Below are positions 32,459-37,951 of a stretch of DNA of 37,951 nucleotides, piece by piece. The position numbers and the translations under genes were made by a program. Every line of letters begins with the position of its first letter. Within the stretch, counting starts at the first letter, position 1. The notes below the pieces were generated by a model. It saw only the letters and a program-made list of their open reading frames with translations, ran no database searches and had not been told where the DNA came from. Source of the stretch: Streptosporangiaceae bacterium. Its GTDB lineage: Bacteria > Actinomycetota > Actinomycetes > Streptosporangiales > Streptosporangiaceae. Where the stretch lies: the NCBI GenBank assembly GCA_030044595.1, contig JASHVM010000052.1, positions 1-37,951 on the forward strand. The letters are read 5' to 3'.

Positions 32459-32520
32459 GAGACCTCCGGTGTCAGCCTGCACCGACGTCCTGTCTGCGAA
32501 CGAGCCCGACGAGCTTGCCG

Positions 32521-33573
32521 TCAGCCGCTGATCATCGACCTCACGTCGAACGCGGGGAAGCCGAGGAACTGCCGCATCACGTCGGCGACCCGCTGGACAC
32601 GCACCGCGTCGACCGGCCCGACCGGGTAGCTATCCAGCGCCATCACCGCCGCCGTTACCCTCGAGACCCCAAGGGGTGTCGGCAGTGCCTCCATCGCCTG
32701 TTCCACAGCGGCCCGGTTGGTATCCGCGATCTCCTGACCCTGCTCGAACGCGGCGCGGAAAGCGGCCAGCGTCACGGGATGCAGCCCAGCCCACTGGCGA
32801 GTGACAGCACAGCCCTGTATCGGGAACGCGGTGGTGGCGCCCTCGTCCAGGTCCGCGAGCAGCGTGACGCCCATCGATAGCTGAGCCTGACTGGCGAACG
32901 GCTCGGGCAGCACCGCCGCGGCGATCTTCCCGGCCTTGAGCATCGCGGCCATCTCAGGAAGCGGGTAATACGCGAAATGTACTGCGGACACGCTCAGTCC
33001 GTGATCGGCCAGCGCAGAGGCGGCCAGCAGGTAGAGGATGTTGCCGGGCGCGTTGACGCCGATGACCTTGCCTTCGAGGCCGGCCAGGGTCCGGATGCCG
33101 GAGTCGGGCATCACGTACAGGCCCTGGGCTCCGGGTTCCATTACCGAGCCTTCGGCGAAGATGTCCAGGTCGGCGGCGACCATGGCTTCGCTGGCCGAGG
33201 AAGGCCGCTTGCCCAGGTCGTAGTTTTCCTGCGCCTGGATGTAGCTGACGTAGTTGCCGCAGGAGATGTCGACCCGGTCGCCCGGCTCCTCGAGTGCCTG
33301 AGCGTTGATGACCGTCTCGGAACTGACCGCCGGGATGAATGTGACGCGCAGACCGTGCGCCGCGAACAAGCCCTCGTGGAGTGCGACAAAGAAACCGGCG
33401 GAATCGACGGCGGGCACCACCGCGACATTCAGGTCCGGCTGCTCGATGACGGAGGGGGCGGCGTCCCCGCCCCCGGCAAACCTGGGCAGGAACAAGATGA
33501 TCAAGATTGCGACAGCCATCCCCGCGCCGATTATCTCCGCGACCCGGACAGCCCGCGCGAACCTGCGTGCCAT
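32521..33573 (-). CDS. ABC-type substrate-binding protein, NMT1/SsuA-like, N-terminally membrane-anchored
   Basis: GAGGAGGGAGG lies upstream of the ATG at 33573. A TM anchor (IIGAGMAVAILIILFL) is followed by a periplasmic-binding fold (LNVAVVPAVDSAGFFVALHEGLFAAHGL). There is no adjacent permease or ATPase. Confidence 0.7.
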   Translation of the reverse strand: MARRFARAVRVAEIIGAGMAVAILIILFLPRFAGGGDAAPSVIEQPDLNVAVVPAVDSAGFFVALHEGLFAAHGLRVTFIPAVSSETVINAQALEEPGDRVDISCGNYVSYIQAQENYDLGKRPSSASEAMVAADLDIFAEGSVMEPGAQGLYVMPDSGIRTLAGLEGKVIGVNAPGNILYLLAASALADHGLSVSAVHFAYYPLPEMAAMLKAGKIAAAVLPEPFASQAQLSMGVTLLADLDEGATTAFPIQGCAVTRQWAGLHPVTLAAFRAAFEQGQEIADTNRAAVEQAMEALPTPLGVSRVTAAVMALDSYPVGPVDAVRVQRVADVMRQFLGFPAFDVRSMISG

Positions 33574-33775
33574 CGCGGGTTCCTCCCTCCTCAGGGCGGG
33601 CAGGGCTCGGACAGTGCTGATCCCCCGCTGCGGGTGCGCGCGGGAAGGCCCAAGCAGAGTGTCGGGCGCCCGGTACCCGTTGCACGACAAATGGTGCTGC
33701 AAGCTGCAGCCAGAGACATCGGTCAGCTGACGGATCTTGAACTATCGCCAACGACCGCCGTCGCGGCGGCGCCCG

Positions 33776-34681
33776 TCATCGTTCAGCGGCGGCGGGTTGC
33801 TGCGGCGCCAGGGCACGCGCCTGGGCTTGGGGGCGCGCACCGGGGCCGGTGGCACGTACGACGCGCCGTTCTGGCTTGCGGGCCAGCTCGTAGGCGAAGC
33901 CGACCGTTTCGGTCAGGCGCCCGTCGGTCGCGTGGCGGCTGAGTTCGGCCGTGAGGTCGGCGTCGAACTCGGCGGCGTGGTTCGCGAGCACCGAGGCCGG
34001 CAGGAACGATGTCGACCGGATCAGCCCGGCGAGTTCGACGACCGTCCAGCGGTGCTCGGCGGGGAACTCGTGGCGCCCGGCGGGCTCGAACCCGGCGCGG
34101 GACACTACGTCGTGGTCGGGGTCCTGCTGCCTCGGTTGGTCCCAGCCCGGCGGAACGCGGCCGGATGCGCCCAAAGCGTCCCGCCATCTGCGCAGCACCA
34201 GGTCAAGTGCCCGCTGCCAGTCCTGGTGGCCAGCCCACGGGCCGGTCGACCAGCACAGCGCGAGGCACCCGCCCGGCTTGAGCCAGGCGTAGGCACGCTC
34301 CGCGACCAGGGCGCGGCGGAGCCTGTGGAAGGCGTTACCGACCACGATCAGCTCGAAGCTGCCCGGGCCGGCGTGCAGATCCTCGGCGCTGGCGGTCACC
34401 GGTCGGATGCAGGCCGCTCCGGAGGCGATCGCCTTGGCGCGGACCACGTCGGTCATGTCGGATTCGGCGTCCACCGCCCACACTTCGGCGAACCAGCCGC
34501 GCAGCGGGAAGGCGAGCTGGCCGGTGCCGCACGCCAGGTCGAGCAGGCGGCCGCCCCCTGACGGCGCGGCGCGGCGCGCGAGGTCGGTGATCATCGCGTC
34601 GGGATAGGGGAGCCGGAAGCGCTCGTAGTAGTCGGCGGTGCCCCGGAACAGGTCGGGCTCGAACCTGACCTCGCCGACCAT
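33776..34681 (-). CDS. Class I SAM-dependent methyltransferase
   Basis: Motif I is RLLDLACGTGQL, with post-I VWAVDAESDM and LIVVGNAFH. The start is at the ATG on 34681. Confidence 0.85.
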   Translation of the reverse strand: MVGEVRFEPDLFRGTADYYERFRLPYPDAMITDLARRAAPSGGGRLLDLACGTGQLAFPLRGWFAEVWAVDAESDMTDVVRAKAIASGAACIRPVTASAEDLHAGPGSFELIVVGNAFHRLRRALVAERAYAWLKPGGCLALCWSTGPWAGHQDWQRALDLVLRRWRDALGASGRVPPGWDQPRQQDPDHDVVSRAGFEPAGRHEFPAEHRWTVVELAGLIRSTSFLPASVLANHAAEFDADLTAELSRHATDGRLTETVGFAYELARKPERRVVRATGPGARPQAQARALAPQQPAAAER

Positions 34682-34775
34682 GCGACCAGCATCGCACAGC
34701 GACTTGTTCACCCGGAACCTGCGCGAGGCGGCCTAGGAGGAAACTAGGTCCATGGCATACGACAGGAGGTGGCTT

Positions 34776-34931
34776 GTGAGACTTCTGCGTCGGCTGGGTT
34801 ACGAAAAGGAAGCCGACGAAGCCGCGCGAGTGCTGCCAGAGAAGATCTCACTGGAACAGCTCGAGGAGTTCGGCGAAAAGCACGGAATCTCTCGCGAAGA
34901 GCTGACCGACCAGATGGGCGGCAGCCCCTGA
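34776..34931 (+). CDS. Small hypothetical protein (51 aa), not in the ORF track
   Basis: AGGAGG (34764-34769) sits 6 nt upstream of the GTG at 34776. The product MRLLRRLGYEKEADEAARVLPEKISLEQLEEFGEKHGISREELTDQMGGSP has a balanced, helical-looking composition. This contrasts with the overlapping track ORF 34769..34963 in another frame. Confidence 0.5.
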   Translation: MRLLRRLGYEKEADEAARVLPEKISLEQLEEFGEKHGISREELTDQMGGSP

Positions 34932-34954
34932 GGCGCGGCACTCGGCAGTCCCGG

Positions 34955-35884
34955 TCATCGTGAGGCGGTTATCCTGCAGACAGGAGAACGAGTAAGTTCT
35001 CGGCAGAGCCTCTGGCTCCCGGCACGAAGGAGGGGCCTGGTGCTCCGTGCAATCCACGATGCGCCCGCGGACATCGGCCCGGATGCAGCTGCCCGCGTCG
35101 GCAGGATAATGCGATTCGCGCGAGCCGCGCGGCGGCGCTGGCGGCTTATATTGCTGTTCACTGGCGCGGTGCTCACCCTCCTCGGTGTTGTGCTGGCCAG
35201 CGCCGCGCTTCTCATCCCTGGCGTGCTGCTCCTGCTGTTCGCTGCACTGCATGGAATAGGGTCCAGCGGCTGCACGTCCGCGGACCAGCTGGCCGGGTGG
35301 CCCTGGCGCGGGTGAAAAGGGCCGGGCCGCAAGTCCACACCTGCGAGGTTGGAGGTCGTACCGCTGTGAGGCGGTAAGGTCGGTGGCAACGTGCCAGGGC
35401 GCATCCGGGAAGGATCATGGTTCCCCGGCTCCGCGATCGGCCGCAGCCTCCGGCCGGTCACCAAACTTGGCACGATGCGGACGAAATGCTCCCGAGTACC
35501 CCCGGCCCATGATTCCAGACCGAGCTTTTCCAGCCTGACGATTTCTCGGCGATCGGTGACCTCCTCGGCCTGCCCGACCGCTGTGACGCTCCAGCCGGAC
35601 CGGGTGGCCGGGTTAATGTCGTCGGCCTCGAACGCCACAACTGCGCGGCGGGTCGCCGCCGCGAGCTTGCTGCCAGCATCGGTCCTGATCACGATCGCGC
35701 TGTCGTAGAGCGCGAAGTTCACCGGCTCGACGGCCGGCAGGGCCTGCCGGGTGTAGCAGATCCGGCCAACCGCTTCGGTGGCCATCAGCCGCAGGCATTC
35801 CGCCTTTGACAGTTCTTCCAGGGCGAGACCATCCACGTGCGGTGCCTTCTGGTGCTCGCGCCCCGCAGCTCCGTGATCCATCAT
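34955..35884 (-). CDS. Pyridoxamine 5'-phosphate oxidase family (Pyridox_ox_2-like) protein with a doubtful C-terminal extension of about 160 aa
   Basis: The first 145 aa or so (LEELSKAECLRLMATEAVGRICY...VNFALYDSAIVIRT...GWSVTAVGQAEEV...EHFVRIVPSLVTGRRL) look like the split-barrel flavin-binding family. The rest is Pro/Ser/Arg-rich and runs antisense through the RBS-supported gene at 35040-35315. Confidence 0.6.
   Translation of the reverse strand: MMDHGAAGREHQKAPHVDGLALEELSKAECLRLMATEAVGRICYTRQALPAVEPVNFALYDSAIVIRTDAGSKLAAATRRAVVAFEADDINPATRSGWSVTAVGQAEEVTDRREIVRLEKLGLESWAGGTREHFVRIVPSLVTGRRLRPIAEPGNHDPSRMRPGTLPPTLPPHSGTTSNLAGVDLRPGPFHPRQGHPASWSADVQPLDPIPCSAANSRSSTPGMRSAALASTTPRRVSTAPVNSNISRQRRRAARANRIILPTRAAASGPMSAGASWIARSTRPLLRAGSQRLCRELTRSPVCRITASR
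35040..35315 (+). CDS. Small membrane protein (91 aa, two predicted TM helices)
   Basis: GAAGGAGG (35026-35033) sits 6 nt upstream of the GTG at 35040. The sequence RRRWRLILLFTGAVLTLLGVVLASAALLIPGVLLLLFAALHG forms a hydrophobic hairpin. Confidence 0.55.
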   Translation: MLRAIHDAPADIGPDAAARVGRIMRFARAARRRWRLILLFTGAVLTLLGVVLASAALLIPGVLLLLFAALHGIGSSGCTSADQLAGWPWRG

Positions 35885-36175
35885 GATCGCCGCCTTACTG
35901 TGTCGGTCGCTCTGGCGGGGCTTGTCCGGAAGTTGCCGCCCAGCCTGCGAAGTCCGCTCACGTGGACCGTGGCCGTTATTTCAAGGCAGCTGACAACTGC
36001 GCGGTAGGGACCAAGTTCCCTCTTTCGGCACTTGCAGATGGCGAGCGAGGGCGAAAAGTCGTCGGTTAGCCGCGAGAGACCTCCGCGATCTGGACCGTGT
36101 ACGACGCCGTGTACGGCCCGTACTGGGCGCGGCGTCCGGCCTCGCGCCAAGGTCAGCCGCGCCGTAGCCGCCGAG

Positions 36176-37009
36176 TCACGGGTGCTGCTCGCAGCGTTCG
36201 GCCATTTGCGCTGCCTGGTCGGCAATGGCCCGCCACCGTTTGATGTCGGCTGGATAGTCGATGCGGGTGGGATGACCGATAAGGTCGGCCTGTCGCTCCA
36301 GCAGCGCCGCGGTGTCGGCCGCGGTTGACTGCACGGCGCGCGCTGCTTGCGCTACGCGCCTTTGCAGGTCCATGGCCCGCGCTGAGCGCTCTAGCAGGCA
36401 CGGGGAAGGCGCCTCGGCCACGCCGGCCTCGACACTGCGGCCGCGTTGAGCGAACACGTGACCGCGGATCTCCCGCACTACGTCGTCGAGGCGTTGCAGG
36501 GCTTCGGTAATGCGCTGCGCGGTGATGTCGGGGGGCAGGTCGATGGCGGTCTGCAAGATCAGGCCAACGTTGAAGATGCTGTCAACTGTCAGGGCCAGCA
36601 GGTCCTCGGCGGGGGCTGCGCCGTATGCGACCGGGGTTGTCTGCTCGCCGGCCAGCTCACGGCGTTCAGCTCCGGCGGCGACGGCTCCGTCCAAGTCTGG
36701 GTAGACCGCGACCAGCCGGTCAAGGCCCCTGAGGCTGAGCACCCGGCGGACGACATGCGCGGTGACCACCAGCCGCAGCTCGGTCCCGCTCGCCAGGGCA
36801 CGGCGGTGGGCGCGGGCCAGAGCGTCCGCGCCGGAGTAATCGCAGGAAACAGTCCCGGTCAGGTCCGCGATCAGCACGCCCGCGCCGCGGTTAATGATCC
36901 ACAGCAGCTGCTCGCTGATCTGGTCGGCGTTGGAATTGTCGATGTGCTCCGGAAGCGTAACCACCGCCTGCTGGCCCGTCCACTGCACCGGGCATATGCC
37001 GTTAGCCAT
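36176..37009 (-). CDS. STAS domain protein (anti-sigma-factor antagonist-like) with a helical C-terminal extension
   Basis: The N-terminal part (AVVTLPEHIDNSNADQISEQLLWIINRGAGVLIADLTGTVSCDYSGADALARAHRRALASGTELRLVV...VLSLRGLDRLVAVYPDLDGA) is STAS-like. The C-terminal half contains ITEALQRLDDVVREIRGHVF, which resembles the helix that follows sensor domains in HisKA_3-type kinases. Confidence 0.7.
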   Translation of the reverse strand: MANGICPVQWTGQQAVVTLPEHIDNSNADQISEQLLWIINRGAGVLIADLTGTVSCDYSGADALARAHRRALASGTELRLVVTAHVVRRVLSLRGLDRLVAVYPDLDGAVAAGAERRELAGEQTTPVAYGAAPAEDLLALTVDSIFNVGLILQTAIDLPPDITAQRITEALQRLDDVVREIRGHVFAQRGRSVEAGVAEAPSPCLLERSARAMDLQRRVAQAARAVQSTAADTAALLERQADLIGHPTRIDYPADIKRWRAIADQAAQMAERCEQHP

Positions 37010-37562
37010 GACAACGACCAGCGGGAGGCGCGATCGGCGGCGCGCGCCGGGACGCCTGTGGCCTGGTACAGGCGGGCCGACTGTCCATCAGGCGACGGGG
37101 CGGGCCAGCGCGCAGCACTGCGATCTCGGCTCCAGCGAGCCGCCTCACAGCTAGCGTGCGTCTGGCATATCCGCAGGCCATGGCCACCTCCAGCGCCCAG
37201 GCCGATGCCGTACTATCAGCGTCCGGCGTAAAGGCACCAAGCTTTAGAGTCCTTGGTCCCCGGCGCCCAGCCCGAACGACCTCAGGGGCTCGCAGGTACC
37301 GGCCGGCACCACTCAATGAGATGACCTCAGCGGACAGGGCGCGGACGGCAGGGACGTGCCTGCCCGTTGAGATTCCCCGCACGGGTTTCGGGCCTAGCCT
37401 CCGGCCCGGCCTGGGCGGCAGGCTGAGGAGGGACGCAGAAACCACGGCCCGTTCGGGAAAATAAAAGATTTTCAGAACGGACAGCGGTACTTGTTTCCGG
37501 CGAGCCGGAGCTGAGCCGGGAGAGCCCTCGAGGCAGGATTAATCGTTGTGGCTGTGAACCGG

Positions 37563-37951
37563 ATGCCGGCCGCTGACGTCGAGGTGTCGGCGGATCTCGT
37601 CCGGCGGCTGCTCGCCGATCAGCACCCTGAGCTCGCGCGGCTGCCGGTGGGGTTCCTCGCGAACGGCTGGGACAACGAGCTCTACCGGGTCGGGGATGAG
37701 CTGGTGGCGCGGCTACCACGCCGCGCCCTTGGCGCGCAGATCATCAAGAATGAGCAGCGCTGGCTGCCCGGGCTCGCTCCGAGACTGCCCCTGCCCATCC
37801 CGTATCCAGAACGGACCGGGGTACCCGCCTGCGGTTACCCGTATCCGTGGAGCGTGGTGCGCTACCTGCCGGGCGTGCCCGCGGCGCGGGCCAGCTCCTT
37901 CGACCTGGACGCAGCCGCGGCCGCCGTCGGCGGGTTCCTCGGGGCGCTGCA
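37563..37951 (+). CDS. Aminoglycoside phosphotransferase (APH) family protein, N-terminal part; runs off the right edge of the window
   Basis: Manual translation gives MPAADVEVSADLVRRLLADQHPELARLPVGFLANGWDNELYRVGDELVARLPRRALGAQIIKNEQRWLPGLAPRLPLPIPYP...YPWSVVRYLPG, typical of the APH family N-lobe. Alternative in-frame GTG starts lie at 37548 and 37554. It has no stop in the window, so it is absent from the track. Confidence 0.8.
   Translation, partial: MPAADVEVSADLVRRLLADQHPELARLPVGFLANGWDNELYRVGDELVARLPRRALGAQIIKNEQRWLPGLAPRLPLPIPYPERTGVPACGYPYPWSVVRYLPGVPAARASSFDLDAAAAAVGGFLGAL

Noticed and set aside
31121-32482. 453-aa minus ORF and 391-aa + ORF overlapping the MFS gene
   Set aside because: Only the frame 31139..32458 gives alternating hydrophobic helices. 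The others are Arg/Gly/Asp/His-rich.
1-37951. Search for mobile elements, integrases, CRISPR arrays, tRNA/rRNA genes and recognisable phage-defence or toxin-antitoxin genes
   Set aside because: I saw no transposase, integrase or recombinase motifs, no regularly spaced repeat arrays, no rRNA/tRNA signatures and no terminal inverted repeats. The AT-richer patches (about 6.1-6.95 kb and 29.96-30.7 kb) lack flanking direct repeats.

Overview
This is a high-GC, actinomycete-type chromosomal segment, densely coding on both strands. I support about 35 protein genes. I found no rRNA, tRNA, CRISPR array, transposase or integrase. All functional calls come from motif recognition in the translated ORFs; no database search was possible.

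Gene content, left to right:
- 1-5.3 kb: an acyl-CoA synthetase and acyl-CoA dehydrogenase pair, then a Zn-alcohol dehydrogenase, MoxR AAA+ ATPase and VWA protein operon.
- 5.5-5.9 kb: a DUF1707 membrane protein.
- 6.1-7.2 kb: an unusual 1.1-kb AT-richer non-coding region. It holds arrays of DnaA-box-like 9-mers and a promoter-plus-terminator-bracketed candidate structured sRNA.
- 7.2-8.7 kb: a tandem-repeat, Cys-rich hypothetical protein coupled to an RsbW-like ATP-binding protein.
- 8.6-19.2 kb: rhodanese and SufE, a Zn-ribbon/SHOCT protein, a membrane protein and MarR operon, a type IB topoisomerase, redox enzymes, DUF72, and an aldehyde dehydrogenase and GMC oxidoreductase operon.
- 19.5-27.1 kb: the most system-like feature. 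A 669-aa protein fuses an unrecognised N-terminal domain to a KAS III (FabH-like) ketosynthase. Four nucleotides downstream sits an 1869-aa eukaryote-style single-chain biotin carboxylase (BC, BT-like, BCCP, central and CT regions). No ACP, PKS or FAS genes are in the window.
- 27.4-32.5 kb: a DrrAB-like ABC exporter with a TetR regulator and two clear palindromic operators, a small secreted-peptide gene in an AT-richer patch, a hotdog thioesterase and an MFS transporter.
- 32.5 kb to the end: an orphan substrate-binding protein, a methyltransferase, two RBS-supported small proteins missed or obscured in the ORF track, a PNPOx-family ORF with a suspicious long antisense-overlapping tail, a STAS protein and a partial APH-family kinase.

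Many long ORFs in the track are antisense shadow ORFs typical of high-GC DNA, and I rejected them.
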